Source: Betaproteobacteria bacterium (GTDB lineage Bacteria > Pseudomonadota > Gammaproteobacteria > Burkholderiales > SG8-41). Taken from it: DNA of 64,000 nt. Positions within the stretch are counted from its first letter, which is position 1; every line of letters starts with the position of its first letter. Location: NCBI GenBank assembly GCA_021730905.1, contig JAKFYK010000018.1:48481-112480 (forward strand), written 5' to 3'. Positions 48,039 through 58,998 of the stretch are shown one piece after another. The notes under the pieces are model-generated. The model worked only from the letters and a program-made list of their open reading frames with translations. It was not told the DNA's origin and did not search any database. The position numbers were made by a program, and so were the translations under genes.

Positions 48039-48836
48039 ATGGCGCTATTGCAAGGTAAAAAAATCCTCATCACCGGCCTGCTCTCGAACCGTTCGATAGC
48101 CTACGGCATCGCCCGCGCCGCGCAGCGTGAGGGCGCAATGCTTGCGTTTACCTACCAGGGCGAGGACATCCGGAACCGCGTGGTCGATCTGGCGAAAGAC
48201 TTCGGCTCCGCACCCGTACTTCCGTGTGATGTGGCCGATGATGCGCAGATCGCAAAGCTATTCGAGGATTTACGCGGCCAGTGGGACGGACTGGACGGCT
48301 TGGTGCATTCCATCGCTTTTGCACCGCGCGAGGCGTTGAAAGGCGACCTGCTCGAAGGGCTGTCGCGCGAAGCCTTTCGCATCGCGCATGACATCAGTTC
48401 CTACAGCCTGGCGGCACTCACCAAAGCCGCGCTGCCGATGATGGAAAACCGTAAATCCGCGGTATTGACGCTGACTTACCTTGGCGCGCAGCGTTCGGTG
48501 CCCAACTACAACGTGATGGGCCTGGCCAAGGCCAGTCTGGAAGCCAATGTGCGGTATCTCGCGCAGAATCTCGGCCCTAAAGGCATCCGCGTAAACGGCA
48601 TTTCAGCGGGACCGATCAAGACACTGGCCGCGGCGGGCATTGGCGGGTTTGGAAAAATACTGAAATTCGTGGAAGAAAACGCACCGTTGCGGCGCAACGT
48701 TACGATTGACGATGTCGGCAACGCTGCCGCATTCCTGCTGTCGGAACTCGCCAGCGGCATTACCGGCGAAATCACTTACGTGGATGCGGGCTTCAACACC
48801 GTGGTGGGTGGTATGGGCGGCGCCACAGCGGCGTGA
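48039..48836 (+). CDS. fabI: Enoyl-ACP reductase (NADH)
   Basis: Start at [25 protein letters not shown]. Contains the [12 protein letters not shown] catalytic region. Confidence 0.9.
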   Translation: MALLQGKKILITGLLSNRSIAYGIARAAQREGAMLAFTYQGEDIRNRVVDLAKDFGSAPVLPCDVADDAQIAKLFEDLRGQWDGLDGLVHSIAFAPREALKGDLLEGLSREAFRIAHDISSYSLAALTKAALPMMENRKSAVLTLTYLGAQRSVPNYNVMGLAKASLEANVRYLAQNLGPKGIRVNGISAGPIKTLAAAGIGGFGKILKFVEENAPLRRNVTIDDVGNAAAFLLSELASGITGEITYVDAGFNTVVGGMGGATAA

Positions 48837-48861
48837 CCAAGCGATAGTAGCCGCAGCCCGA

Positions 48862-50766
48862 CTACTTTTCCTTTTTCTCGGTCAACTGTTCCTTGCGAAT
48901 CTTGACATCGGATTTTTGCCTGAGACTCGCGAGATACGCGGCATATTGCTCCTGACTGATCGCCTGCTGCATGGCTGTTGCGAGATTTTTTTCTTTTTCC
49001 GCGTCAATTTTTTCCGGGTCAACAATACGCGTGATACGAATCAGCGCGTAACCGGATGAGGATTCAACGCCGGCATAGGCCGGCAATTTGGAAATATCAG
49101 TACGTAGAATCTGCTTGCGCACGTCATCATCCAGGCCCTTGATCTGACTGGAGAAATTTATCAACTGCGGCGTGCTCCAGGTCACTTCGGCGTCCTTGCC
49201 CTGACGCAGTTTCTCTAGGGCGGCGCGCCCTTCCTGCGAGGCAATCTGCGTCGCACGCTGCCGCAGCAGTCTGGCGACGATTTCAGCCTGCACGTTTTCA
49301 AACGGACGCACCACCGAAGGCCGGTGTTCCAGCAAACGCGCGGCAACCAGCGTGCCGGGCGAAATCTCAACCGCCTCGGTGTTGCGTTTGTTCTTCAACA
49401 CTTCGTCCGAGAAAATGGCCTGCATCAACTTCGGATTATTCAATCGCGCCTCACTCGCCGCGCCGTTGCGCGAGAACCAGCTGCTTTGCTGCACCGGCGC
49501 TTTGGCGAACTCCGCCGCAGCTTTGAGACTTTCGGATTGCTCGAACACCGTGTTGTTAAACTGCTCCGCCATTTCCGCGAATTTCTTGCCCGCGCGCTGG
49601 CGTTTGAGCTCGATTTCCAACTGTCCGCGCATGGCCTCGAACGACGGCGATTTTCCCGGTGTGATGCCTGTGAGCTTGATAATATGGTAGCCGTATTCCG
49701 TCTCCACCGGTCCGGTGACCTCCCCTACTTTCATATCGTACGCCGCAGACGAAAACGGCTTGACCATATCACCGCGCTTGAACGAACCCAGATCGCCGCC
49801 TTTGTCCGCCGAGCCGGGATCCTGCGAGTGGGCCTTGGCGAGTTCGGCAAAGCTGGCCGGCTTGGCTTTGATCTGCTTCAGAATATCCTCAGCCTTTGCT
49901 TTGGCTTTTTGCTTGTCTTCAGCGGCCGCCTTGGCATCCACCGCGATCAGAATATGACTCGCCTGCCGGGTTTCCTGCACCTGGTTCTTGTTGGCAAACT
50001 CGTCAAACGCTTTTTTGACTTCCTCCGGATCAACGGTTGTCTCCGGCAGCAACGCGTCTATCGATAGCATCACGTACTCAACGCGCACTTGCTCTGGAAT
50101 CCGGAATTCGTCCTGACGGCTGTCGTAGTATTTTTTTGCAGCATCGCCCTCGACCGTCGCCTTGGCCTGGAATCGTTCGGATGTGAACGTAAAATGGCTC
50201 GCTTCGCGCTGCGTTTCCATCAGTTTGACCAGCCGCTGTACCACGGTGCGCGGCAGGAAGTTCGATTCGGTATAGGCATCGTCAAGCTGCCGCAACACCA
50301 GATCACGGCGCAAATCATTCTCGAAATCCACCGGACTTTTGTTGCGCGTCTTCAGATACTGGCTGTACAGCTCCATCGAAAACTTGCCATTTTCCTGAAA
50401 TACCGGCGCCTGTTCGAGCAGGGCGCGCAACTGTTGATCCGTCGCCGTCAGATTGAAGCGCGAGGCTTGTTGCAGCATGAGCCGCTGATTAACCAATGAC
50501 TCCGCGATGCTGAAGCGCAGTTCAGGATTGTCGAGCATCGCAGGATCGATGCGCCCGCCACTCATGCTTTGCAGCGACTCCTGGCGCTCGCGCAGCGCGA
50601 TGTTGAATTCCTGCTGGGTGATCGTCTGTCCGCCCACGGAAGCCACTGGCGTACTGGCGTCCGATCCCCTGAAATAGGAATCCACGCCGAAAAACGCAAA
50701 CGGCAGAATGATCAGCGCCAGAATGACCTGCGCAAACCGCTTGTTATTGTGTATCCAGTCAAACAT
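48862..50766 (-). CDS. ppiD: Periplasmic chaperone / peptidyl-prolyl isomerase PpiD
   Basis: 634 aa. N-terminal anchor and a parvulin segment (ASHILI...GGDLGSF). Lies beside the lon and tRNA genes. Confidence 0.8.
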   Translation of the reverse strand: MFDWIHNNKRFAQVILALIILPFAFFGVDSYFRGSDASTPVASVGGQTITQQEFNIALRERQESLQSMSGGRIDPAMLDNPELRFSIAESLVNQRLMLQQASRFNLTATDQQLRALLEQAPVFQENGKFSMELYSQYLKTRNKSPVDFENDLRRDLVLRQLDDAYTESNFLPRTVVQRLVKLMETQREASHFTFTSERFQAKATVEGDAAKKYYDSRQDEFRIPEQVRVEYVMLSIDALLPETTVDPEEVKKAFDEFANKNQVQETRQASHILIAVDAKAAAEDKQKAKAKAEDILKQIKAKPASFAELAKAHSQDPGSADKGGDLGSFKRGDMVKPFSSAAYDMKVGEVTGPVETEYGYHIIKLTGITPGKSPSFEAMRGQLEIELKRQRAGKKFAEMAEQFNNTVFEQSESLKAAAEFAKAPVQQSSWFSRNGAASEARLNNPKLMQAIFSDEVLKNKRNTEAVEISPGTLVAARLLEHRPSVVRPFENVQAEIVARLLRQRATQIASQEGRAALEKLRQGKDAEVTWSTPQLINFSSQIKGLDDDVRKQILRTDISKLPAYAGVESSSGYALIRITRIVDPEKIDAEKEKNLATAMQQAISQEQYAAYLASLRQKSDVKIRKEQLTEKKEK

Positions 50767-50786
50767 GATGCATTGCTCTCAACGAA

Positions 50787-50810
50787 AAGGGCGAACCGCG
50801 GTTCGCCCTT
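50787..50810 (-). terminator. Intrinsic terminator-like perfect palindrome after tRNA-Asp
   Basis: AAGGGCGAACCGCGGTTCGCCCTT, followed on the minus strand by TTCGTT. The T-tract is weak. Confidence 0.5.
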
Positions 50811-50820
50811 TCAACATTAT

Positions 50821-50897
50821 TGGCGGAGTGGACGGGACTCGAACCCGCGACCCCCGGCGTGACAGGCCGGTATTCTAACCAACTGAACTACCACTCC
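50821..50897 (-). tRNA. tRNA-Asp (GTC)
   Basis: Reverse complement is GGAGTGGTAGTTCAGTTGGTTAGAATACCGGCCTGTCACGCCGGGGGTCGCGGGTTCGAGTCCCGTCCACTCCGCCA. 7-bp acceptor stem, CTGTCAC anticodon loop, encoded CCA. Confidence 0.9.
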
Positions 50898-50924
50898 CTC
50901 AACTAACTTTATTTGCCTGTTACC

Positions 50925-51000
50925 TGGTGGGTGCTGACGGGCTCGAACCGCCGACATTCGCCTTGTAAGGGCGACGCTCTACCAACTGAGCTAAGCACCC
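50925..51000 (-). tRNA. tRNA-Val (TAC)
   Basis: Reverse complement is GGGTGCTTAGCTCAGTTGGTAGAGCGTCGCCCTTACAAGGCGAATGTCGGCGGTTCGAGCCCGTCAGCACCCACCA. Confidence 0.9.
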
Positions 51001-51089
51001 GGAAAACCGCAAAGACGCGGATTTTAGCGGATTTCCAGGTATTTAGCCAAGGTCGATCATCGGTATTTCGCCGATGGCAGAACGCACAA

Positions 51090-53513
51090 TCAATGCTTGA
51101 CGGCTTCGGTCGCCGGCGGCAACGGCGGCGTGGGCGCGGCTGCCACCGGCTGTTCCGGCAGAGGCTGCGGCTTGCGTTCAAGCGCCAGTTCCAGCACGCC
51201 GTCTATCCACTTCACAGGGTGGATATCAAGCCGGTTCTTGATGTTGTCGGGAATATCCACCAAGTCTTTCACGTTTTCTTCCGGGATTAGCACCATCTTG
51301 ATACCACCGCGATGCGCCGCCAGCAGCTTCTCTTTCAAACCGCCGATGGGCAACACTTCGCCGCGCAGCGTGATTTCGCCAGTCATCGCCACATCCGCGC
51401 GCACCGGTATGCCCGTCAGCATGGACACCATCGCAGTGCAAATACCGATGCCGGCGCTCGGACCGTCCTTCGGCGTTGCGCCTTCCGGCAAGTGTATGTG
51501 TATGTCGCTCTTTTGATAAAAATCCGGATGGATGCCCAAGCGCTGTGAACGGTTGCGCACGACGGACAACGCCGCCTGCACCGACTCCTGCATCACTTCG
51601 CCAAGTTTGCCGGTAGTGGTCATCTTGCCTTTGCCGGGCATCATGATCGCTTCTATAGACAGCAATTCCCCGCCCACTTCGGTCCACGCCAGCCCGTTGA
51701 CCTGGCCCACCTGGCTTTTCTTTTCCGCCATGCCAAAGCTGTAACGGCGCACACCACAATACTTGTCAAGATTGCGTGCAGAAATAGTAATCTTGCGCGC
51801 CTTGTCGCCGGCCTTGACCAGTTCCTTCACCACCTTGCGGCAGATTTTGGAAAGCTCGCGTTCCAGCGCGCGCACGCCCGCTTCACGCGTGTAGTAGCGC
51901 ACGATGTCGCGTATCGCGCTTTCGGACACCGCTATTTCCTCCGCCTTCAAGCCATGGTTTTTTATCAGCTTGAGCAACAAATGATTCTGCGCGATTTTGA
52001 CTTTTTCATCTTCGGTGTAGCCCGACAGGCGTATCACTTCCATGCGATCCAGTAACGCCGGTGGAATATTCAGCGTATTCGCGGTCGCCACGAACATCAC
52101 ATCCGACAGATCGTATTCAACCTCGACGTAGTGATCGACAAAGGTGTGGTTCTGTTCCGGGTCCAGCACTTCCAGCAAGGCGCTTGACGGATCGCCGCGG
52201 AAATCCATCCCAAGCTTGTCCACTTCATCCAGTAAAAACAACGGGTTACGGACACCCACCTTGGACATGTTCTGGAGAATTTTTCCAGGCATGGAGCCGA
52301 TGTAGGTGCGCCGGTGACCGCGGATTTCCGCTTCGTCGCGCACACCGCCCAGCGCCATGCGCACGAACTTGCGATTGGTCGCACGCGCGATCGACTGTCC
52401 GAGCGACGTCTTGCCCACGCCAGGCGCCCCCACCAGACACAGTATCGGCGCCTTCACCTTGTCCACGCGTTGCTGAACAGCGAGGTACTCGACGATCCGC
52501 TCCTTGACCTTTTCAAGCCCATCATGATCTTCGTCAAGAATTTTCTCGGCAGCGGTAAGGTCAGTGCTGATCTTGCTCTTCTTGCGCCACGGCAGCGACA
52601 CCAGCGCGTCAACGTAGTTACGCACCACCGTTGCTTCGGCCGACATCGGCGACATCAGCTTGAGTTTCTTGAGTTCGGCGTCGGCTTTCTTGCGCGCCTC
52701 CTTGGGCATGCGCGAAGCCTTGATGCGCTTGGCCATCTCATCGTGATCGGCACCCTCTTCGCCCTCGCCCAACTCTTTCTGGATCGCCTTGACCTGCTCG
52801 TTCAGGTAATACTCGCGCTGGCTTTTCTCCATCTGGCGCTTCACCCGGCCACGAATGCGCTTCTCGACCTGCAGAATGTCGAGTTCGCCATCGACTACTT
52901 TCAGCAGGTGGTCCAGACGCTGCTTGACATCGAACATCTCCAATACTTCCTGCTTCTGCTCAAGCTTCAGCGGCAGATGTGCAGCGATCTGGTCGGCCAG
53001 ACGGCTGGCTTCGTCGATACCCGCGATGGACGTCAGTATCTCCGGCGGAATTTTCTTGTTGAGCTTCACGAATTGATCGAACTGCTGCACCATGGTGCGG
53101 CGCATGGCCTCGACCTCGCGATCCTGTTCAACGGGAATTGCAATCGGCGTAACGCTCGTCATGAAGTGCGTTTTGACGTCGGTCACTTCGGTGATACGCG
53201 CGCGCTGGCCGCCCTCGACCAGCACCTTCACCGTGCCATCCGGCAGCTTGAGCATTTGCAGAATGGTCGCAATTGCCCCAATCGCGTACAGATCTTCGGG
53301 CCCTGGATCATCTTTCGCCGCGGAGCGCTGGGCTACCAGCATGATGCTCTTGCCGGACTCCATCGCGGCCTCAAGCGCCTTGATCGATTTGGGCCGCCCG
53401 ACAAACAGCGGTATCACCATGTGCGGAAACACCACGACATCGCGCAAAGGCAGCAGCGGCATTTGCAGCGGTTGGCTTGATGCAGGGGGAGTGGGCGTCG
53501 CTTGTTCAGTCAT
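51090..53513 (-). CDS. lon: ATP-dependent Lon protease
   Basis: 807 aa. Walker [10 protein letters not shown]. Catalytic-serine region PKDGPSAG. Confidence 0.95.
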   Translation of the reverse strand: MTEQATPTPPASSQPLQMPLLPLRDVVVFPHMVIPLFVGRPKSIKALEAAMESGKSIMLVAQRSAAKDDPGPEDLYAIGAIATILQMLKLPDGTVKVLVEGGQRARITEVTDVKTHFMTSVTPIAIPVEQDREVEAMRRTMVQQFDQFVKLNKKIPPEILTSIAGIDEASRLADQIAAHLPLKLEQKQEVLEMFDVKQRLDHLLKVVDGELDILQVEKRIRGRVKRQMEKSQREYYLNEQVKAIQKELGEGEEGADHDEMAKRIKASRMPKEARKKADAELKKLKLMSPMSAEATVVRNYVDALVSLPWRKKSKISTDLTAAEKILDEDHDGLEKVKERIVEYLAVQQRVDKVKAPILCLVGAPGVGKTSLGQSIARATNRKFVRMALGGVRDEAEIRGHRRTYIGSMPGKILQNMSKVGVRNPLFLLDEVDKLGMDFRGDPSSALLEVLDPEQNHTFVDHYVEVEYDLSDVMFVATANTLNIPPALLDRMEVIRLSGYTEDEKVKIAQNHLLLKLIKNHGLKAEEIAVSESAIRDIVRYYTREAGVRALERELSKICRKVVKELVKAGDKARKITISARNLDKYCGVRRYSFGMAEKKSQVGQVNGLAWTEVGGELLSIEAIMMPGKGKMTTTGKLGEVMQESVQAALSVVRNRSQRLGIHPDFYQKSDIHIHLPEGATPKDGPSAGIGICTAMVSMLTGIPVRADVAMTGEITLRGEVLPIGGLKEKLLAAHRGGIKMVLIPEENVKDLVDIPDNIKNRLDIHPVKWIDGVLELALERKPQPLPEQPVAAAPTPPLPPATEAVKH

Positions 53514-53566
53514 GGTAGGTCACCTTTTTAGTCACTGCGCCCGTATCTACTACTGGCATACATTGC

Positions 53567-53594
53567 ATATGGGGTATTAACGCCTGCATTCAAC
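53567..53594 (-). promoter_or_regulatory. RpoH (sigma-32)-type heat-shock promoter of lon
   Basis: Minus strand reads GTTGAA, a 14-nt spacer, then CCCCATAT about 55 nt upstream of the lon ATG. Confidence 0.55.
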
Positions 53595-53611
53595 CCCATA
53601 AAATATCATTT

Positions 53612-53626
53612 AGAAACAAATACTTA
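53612..53626 (+). repeat. Dispersed 15-mer, 14/15 variant (AGAAACAAATACTTA)
   Basis: Read directly. Abuts the clpX stop and lies about 20 nt upstream of the lon -35 element. Confidence 0.8.
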
Positions 53627-53627
53627 A

Positions 53628-54899
53628 TTAAACAGAGGAGCCGGAAGCCACTTTCGGCGGATCCGAATAAATCAACAGTGGGGTAGCGTCGCTGAGTATC
53701 GTGCCCTCATCAACCACCACTTTAGTCACATTGTTCAGCGACGGCAGATCAAACATCGTATTCAGCAACGTGTGTTCCAGTATAGACCTGAGACCGCGCG
53801 CACCGGTCTTGCGTTCCAGCGCGCGTTTGGCGATGGCCTTCAGCGCGGATTCCCGAATTTCGAGCTCCGCCCCTTCCATGCTGAACATCTTTTGATATTG
53901 CTTGATCAGCGCATTTTTTGGCTGCGTCAGAATCTGAATCAGCGCGGTTTCGTCGAGTTCTCCGAGCGTAGCCACCACCGGCAGACGTCCAACGAATTCC
54001 GGTATCAAACCGAACTTGATCAAATCCTCAGGCTGCACATCGCGCAGCACGCGGGTGATATCCTTGCGGTCGTCCTTGCTGCGCACTTCCGCGCCAAAGC
54101 CGATACCGCCCTTTTCGGAACGCGCGCGAATCACTTTCTCCAGACCGTCAAACGCGCCGCCGACGATAAACAGAATGTTGGTGGTATCGACCTGCACGAA
54201 CTCCTGATTGGGATGCTTGCGGCCGCCCTGCGGCGGCACCGATGCCGTGGTGCCCTCGATCAGTTTCAATAGCGCCTGCTGCACACCCTCGCCCGACACA
54301 TCACGCGTGATCGACGGGTTATCCGACTTGCGCGAGATCTTGTCGATTTCATCGATATAGACGATGCCACGCTGCGCCTTCTCGACATCGTAGTCGCACT
54401 TCTGCAACAGCTTTTGAATGATGTTTTCGACGTCTTCGCCGACATAGCCGGCTTCGGTCAGCGTAGTGGCATCTGCCATCACAAACGGCACATTCAGCAG
54501 CCGCGCCAGCGTCTGCGCCAGCAGGGTCTTGCCGGAACCAGTCGGCCCGACCAGCAGAATATTCGACTTGGCAAGTTCGATATCGTCGTTCTTGGTAATG
54601 TTTTTCAGGCGCTTGTAGTGGTTATACACAGCCACCGAAAGAATCTTTTTCGCCACGTCCTGACCGATGACGTATTGATCGAGAATGCCGCGGATCTCGT
54701 GCGGCACCGGCAAGTCGGACTTGGCGCCCTTGGCGCCCTTGTCGCCCTGGATTTCCTCGCGGATGATGTCGTTGCACAGTTCGATGCATTCATCGCAAAT
54801 GAACACCGACGGGCCCGCGATCAACTTGCGAACCTCGTGCTGGCTCTTGCCGCAGAAGGAGCAATACAGGAGTTTCTCGCCACTCGCTTTTTCCGACAT
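53628..54899 (-). CDS. clpX: ATP-dependent Clp protease ATP-binding subunit ClpX
   Basis: 423 aa. N-terminal zinc finger CSFCGK...CDEC. Walker A GPTGSGKT. Confidence 0.95.
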   Translation of the reverse strand: MSEKASGEKLLYCSFCGKSQHEVRKLIAGPSVFICDECIELCNDIIREEIQGDKGAKGAKSDLPVPHEIRGILDQYVIGQDVAKKILSVAVYNHYKRLKNITKNDDIELAKSNILLVGPTGSGKTLLAQTLARLLNVPFVMADATTLTEAGYVGEDVENIIQKLLQKCDYDVEKAQRGIVYIDEIDKISRKSDNPSITRDVSGEGVQQALLKLIEGTTASVPPQGGRKHPNQEFVQVDTTNILFIVGGAFDGLEKVIRARSEKGGIGFGAEVRSKDDRKDITRVLRDVQPEDLIKFGLIPEFVGRLPVVATLGELDETALIQILTQPKNALIKQYQKMFSMEGAELEIRESALKAIAKRALERKTGARGLRSILEHTLLNTMFDLPSLNNVTKVVVDEGTILSDATPLLIYSDPPKVASGSSV

Positions 54900-54949
54900 C
54901 GCTTTGGTTCCTCTTGGTTCCCTTGTAACTAAGCCTGGTTAACCGTTAC

Positions 54950-55606
54950 CTACGCCACTAACGCCGCCTGCACATCCGCACGCGATACCAGCACCTTGTC
55001 CACCAACCCGTAATTCACCGACTGCTCCGCGCTCAAAAAATTATCACGGTCGGTATCTTTGCTCACCGTATCGACGCTTTGCCCGGTATGCTTGGCCATG
55101 ATCTCGTTCAGTTTTTGCTTGAGAAAAAGAATTTCCCTGGCGTGTATCTCGATATCCGACGCCTGCCCGCGAAACCCGCCCAGCGGTTGATGAATCATCA
55201 CCCGTGAATTCGGCAGGCAGAACCGCTTGCCCTTGGCGCCCGCGGTCAGCAGCAGCGCGCCCATGCTGGCCGCCTGCCCCACGCACAGCGTGCTGACATC
55301 GGGTTTGATAAATTGCATGGTGTCGTAAATCGCCAACCCCGCCGACACCGATCCGCCCGGTGAGTTGATGTAGAACGAAATATCCTTGTCAGGATTGTCG
55401 GACTCCAGAAACAGGAGCTGCGCCACGATCAGATTGGCCGTCACCTCGTTCACTTCACCCACCAGAAACACCACGCGCTCTTTCAGCAGCCGCGAGTAAA
55501 TATCGTACGCCCGTTCACCGCGCCCGCTTTGTTCGACAACCATCGGCACCAAACCCAGGCTCTGGGGTTGCGTGCGCTGTTGGTACCCGCTTTCAAACGG
55601 CATCAT
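54950..55606 (-). CDS. clpP: ATP-dependent Clp protease proteolytic subunit
   Basis: 218 aa. Motifs [11 protein letters not shown] and MIHQP. The start overlaps the tig stop (ATGATGA). Confidence 0.95.
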   Translation of the reverse strand: MMPFESGYQQRTQPQSLGLVPMVVEQSGRGERAYDIYSRLLKERVVFLVGEVNEVTANLIVAQLLFLESDNPDKDISFYINSPGGSVSAGLAIYDTMQFIKPDVSTLCVGQAASMGALLLTAGAKGKRFCLPNSRVMIHQPLGGFRGQASDIEIHAREILFLKQKLNEIMAKHTGQSVDTVSKDTDRDNFLSAEQSVNYGLVDKVLVSRADVQAALVA

Positions 55607-56913
55607 TTGTTGTATCCCATTAACTCGTCAAACGTGATGGTTTTGTCCTGGGCCTTGGCCACGCCCAGCGCCCATTCGACCACGTTTTCTTCGAGTACCA
55701 CCGACTCAATGTCACGCAGCCGTTCCGGCTGCTGATAAAACCATTTCACAACCTCTTGCGGATGCTCGTAACTCTGCGCCTGCAGTTCCACCGCTGCCCG
55801 CACCTGCTCGGGACGCGCGTGCAGGCTATGCGCACGCACCACCTCGCCGAGAATCAAGCCAAGCGACACACGCCGTTGTGCCTGCGCTTCAAACACATCC
55901 GGCGGCATGGGCATATCGTCTTTCACCGGAATGCCGCGCGCGGCGAGATTCTCGCGCGCCATGTTCTGCAGTGTTTGAATTTCCATCTGAATCAAGGATT
56001 TTGGTGCATCCAGCGGCGTGGCATCCAGCAGCGCCTGCATCACCTGATCCTTGGTTTTGGCTTTAAGCCGCAACTTTACTTCGCGTTCCAGATTGGTTTT
56101 GACCTCGGCGCGCATTTTCGCGACATCGCCGTCTTCCACACCCAGCGTTTTCGCGAACGCCGCATCAACCGCCGGCATTATAGGCGCGGCAACCTCGCTC
56201 ACCGTCACCTCAAAACGAGCGCTTTTCCCTGCCACTTCCTTGCCATGATAGTCGTCGGGAAATTTGAGATCGAATCCTTTGCTTTCTCCCGCCTTCATGC
56301 CCTCAAGATTCTTTTCGAAATCGGGCAACAAACGACCCTCGCCGAGCACCGCGGATTGGTTATCGGCGGCGCCGCCTTCAAACGCCACGCCGTCTATCGT
56401 GCCCTTGTAGCTGATTTTCATGCGATCTTCTTTTTGTGCTGGCCGATCGATTGCATCGTAGGTCGCGCGCTGCTTGCGCATGATCTCCAGCGTCTTGTCG
56501 ACTTCCGCGTCGCCCACTTCCAGCGCGACGCGGTCTATGATTTTCCCGGATATATCACCCACCCTGAATTCGGGATACACCTCGAACGTCGCGCTGTACT
56601 GAAAATCGACCGCGCCTTCGGCCACTTGAGCCGGCTCGAATTTGGGATAGCCCGCAACCTTCAGATTCTGCTGGCGCACCGCATCGCCAAAACTTTTTTC
56701 CAGTGTCGCGCCGAGAACCTCCTGCCGCACCTGCGCGCCATATTGCTGCTGAACGACTTTGAGCGGAACCTTGCCAGGGCGGAACCCCGGCATTTTGGCG
56801 GTACGGCCGATGTGTTTAAGACGTGATTGCACCTCGGTCTCAATATCCGCCAGCGGCACGGCCACGCTCAAACGCCGTTCCAGACCACTCAATGTTTCAA
56901 GATTCGCTTGCAT
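55603..56913 (-). CDS. tig: Trigger factor
   Basis: 436 aa. N-terminal GFRPGKVP ribosome-binding motif. Confidence 0.95.
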   Translation of the reverse strand: MQANLETLSGLERRLSVAVPLADIETEVQSRLKHIGRTAKMPGFRPGKVPLKVVQQQYGAQVRQEVLGATLEKSFGDAVRQQNLKVAGYPKFEPAQVAEGAVDFQYSATFEVYPEFRVGDISGKIIDRVALEVGDAEVDKTLEIMRKQRATYDAIDRPAQKEDRMKISYKGTIDGVAFEGGAADNQSAVLGEGRLLPDFEKNLEGMKAGESKGFDLKFPDDYHGKEVAGKSARFEVTVSEVAAPIMPAVDAAFAKTLGVEDGDVAKMRAEVKTNLEREVKLRLKAKTKDQVMQALLDATPLDAPKSLIQMEIQTLQNMARENLAARGIPVKDDMPMPPDVFEAQAQRRVSLGLILGEVVRAHSLHARPEQVRAAVELQAQSYEHPQEVVKWFYQQPERLRDIESVVLEENVVEWALGVAKAQDKTITFDELMGYNK

Positions 56914-56947
56914 GAACTGCTGTCCCTTATTTTCTTCAAGCGGTTAC

Positions 56948-57034
<87 letters not shown>

Positions 57035-57215
57035 TGTTCGCAATGCAGCATGAAGCACCGATGCCAGACACGTATTCGGCACATCAGTCAGTCACATCCA
57101 TCGCAATAGTGCGATTGTAATATACTCGCCACTTTAACGACACCCCGCAGAGCTTGCAATTTTCTTGAACTATCCATAGCAAGCTATTGTTTAAATTAGA
57201 TGTTTTTGCAACAAG

Positions 57216-58025
57216 ATGGCAGTCGATCATTACGAGAATTTCCCGGTCGCCTCCATCCTGATGCCCCCGCGCTTCCGGCGTCCGGTAGCCCTGATTTATC
57301 GCTTTGCACGCGAAGCCGACGATTTTGCCGACGAAGGCGATTTGCCGCCTGCCAAGCGTCTTGCCTTGCTCGATGCCTTTAACCGCGAACTCGATCATAT
57401 CGAAGCCGCCCGCCCGCCCGGAGTGGCGTGGTTTGCCGATCTTGCCGCGATCATCCACGAACACACGTTGCCCGTGCAGCTTTTCCGTGACCTGCTGTCC
57501 GCGTTTTCGCAAGACGTCGTTAAAGGGCGCTATTTGGACTACGCCGACGTGCTGGACTACTGCCGCCGCTCGGCCAACCCGATCGGCCGTCTGCTGCTCG
57601 TGCTCTACGGCGAGGCGACTGAGCAAAACAATGTGTGGGGCGATGCCATCTGCTCCAGCCTGCAACTTATCAATTTCTGGCAGGATGTCGCCATCGACTA
57701 CCGTAAAAACCGGGTTTACTTTCCGCAGGATGAAATGATGCAATACGGCATAACCGATGCCAATATCGCCAGTGCCAGCACTAACGGCAATTGGCGGGAA
57801 TTCATGAGGTTTCAGGTCGACCGCACCCGGCAAACTCTGCATTCCGGTGCACCGCTGGGCAGGGTATTGAAAGGCAGGCTGGGACTGGAAATGCGCATGA
57901 TCATCGCTGGCGGGGACCGCATCCTGACCAAGATCGAGCACGCGGACTATGACGTGTTCCGCCGCCGGCCGATGTTAAGGCCGCACGACTGGATGTTGAT
58001 GCTCGCGCGAGCGGTAATTTCGTGA
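57216..58025 (+). CDS. hpnC: Squalene synthase HpnC (hydroxysqualene dehydroxylase)
   Basis: 269 aa. Begins DHYENFPVAS. Contains FAREADDFADE and the trans-IPPS head-to-head family pattern. Confidence 0.8.
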   Translation: MAVDHYENFPVASILMPPRFRRPVALIYRFAREADDFADEGDLPPAKRLALLDAFNRELDHIEAARPPGVAWFADLAAIIHEHTLPVQLFRDLLSAFSQDVVKGRYLDYADVLDYCRRSANPIGRLLLVLYGEATEQNNVWGDAICSSLQLINFWQDVAIDYRKNRVYFPQDEMMQYGITDANIASASTNGNWREFMRFQVDRTRQTLHSGAPLGRVLKGRLGLEMRMIIAGGDRILTKIEHADYDVFRRRPMLRPHDWMLMLARAVIS

Positions 58026-58068
58026 GCGGCGTTCTGACGAGCGGCGTTTTGACGTCCGGCCTTGTGAC
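58024..58068. repeat. Three tandem 15-bp repeats (GAGCGGCGTT(C/T)TGAC x2 plus a degenerate third copy)
   Basis: Read directly. Begins inside the hpnC stop codon. Confidence 0.75.
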
Positions 58069-58167
58069 ATGACACCCGACGAATACTGTCAGCAGAAAGC
58101 GGTCCGGGTTTACGAGCACGGCAATAACGCCAGACACTACGGTTCTTGCGAGGCCTACGCGACGTGA
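58069..58167 (+). CDS. Candidate 32-aa upstream mini-ORF whose first 12 residues duplicate the HpnD N-terminus
   Basis: Encodes MTPDEYCQQKAV, compared with hpnD (V)TPDEYCQQKAV. Eight of 12 codons differ only at synonymous sites. Its TGA overlaps the hpnD GTG (GTGA). Confidence 0.3.
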   Translation: MTPDEYCQQKAVRVYEHGNNARHYGSCEAYAT

Positions 58168-58997
58168 CCCCTGACGAGTATTGCCAACAGAAAGCCGTGC
58201 AAAGCGGTTCCAGCTTTTACTACAGTTTTCTGTTCCTGCCGCCGGAGCGCCGTCGCGCCATCACGGCGCTCTATGCGTATTGCCGCGAAGTCGATGATGT
58301 CGTTGATGAATGCACTGATGCCGGTATTGCTCGCACCAAGCTCGCGTGGTGGCGCGATGAAATCGGCAGGCTCTACGCGGACCATCCACAGCATCCGGTT
58401 ACCCAGGCACTCGCTCCCGCTATTGCGGCCTACGGCCTGCAGCAACAGCACCTGCTCGAACTTGTCGACGGCATGGCGATGGATCTCGACTATAACCGCT
58501 ACCCCGATTTCGACACGCTTAAGCTGTACTGCCACCGCGTCGCGGGCGTGGTAGGACTGATGTCGGCAAGCATCTTCGGCTACTCCAGCAAGCAAACACT
58601 GGAGTACGCTCCCGAACTCGGTCTGGCGTTTCAGTTGACCAACATCATTCGTGACATCGGTGAAGACGCGCGCCGCGATCGCATCTACCTGCCGCTCGAC
58701 GAGCTGCAGAAATTCGGTGTTGCCGAAAGCGATATTCAGGCTGCGCGCGAAACGGAAGGCTTTCAAAAGCTGATGAGTTTTCAAATCGAACGCGCGCTCG
58801 CCCAATACGACGCTGCATTCGCAAAACTGCCAGCGCGCGACCGCAAGCCGCAGATTCCCGGTATCATCATGGCGGGTATTTACCGCACGCTGCTGGTGGA
58901 AATTCGTGACGACGGCTGCAAAGTGCTCAAACAACGCACCTCGCTCACGCCAGTACGCAAGCTGTGGATCGCGTGGAAAACCTGGCTCAAAGGCTGA
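58164..58997 (+). CDS. hpnD: Presqualene diphosphate synthase HpnD
   Basis: GTG start chosen; the ORF track starts at 58146. Motifs SGSSFYYSFLFLPPERRRAITALYAYCREVDDVVDE. Confidence 0.8.
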   Translation: MTPDEYCQQKAVQSGSSFYYSFLFLPPERRRAITALYAYCREVDDVVDECTDAGIARTKLAWWRDEIGRLYADHPQHPVTQALAPAIAAYGLQQQHLLELVDGMAMDLDYNRYPDFDTLKLYCHRVAGVVGLMSASIFGYSSKQTLEYAPELGLAFQLTNIIRDIGEDARRDRIYLPLDELQKFGVAESDIQAARETEGFQKLMSFQIERALAQYDAAFAKLPARDRKPQIPGIIMAGIYRTLLVEIRDDGCKVLKQRTSLTPVRKLWIAWKTWLKG

Positions 58998-58998
58998 C

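Noticed and set aside
51001-51089. I expected hupB between lon and the tRNA-Val/Asp pair, as in many proteobacteria. I also saw weak hairpins (CATCGG-tatttcg-CCGATG and CCGC-aaagac-GCGG).
   Set aside because: The gap is only 89 nt and has no ORF. Absence of hupB is just a synteny variation. The stems are 4-6 bp, too weak to call a terminator.
57161-57185. AGCTTGC ... GCAAGCT inverted repeat upstream of hpnC.
   Set aside because: It has a 7-bp stem with a long AT-rich loop and no supporting context for an operator or terminator.
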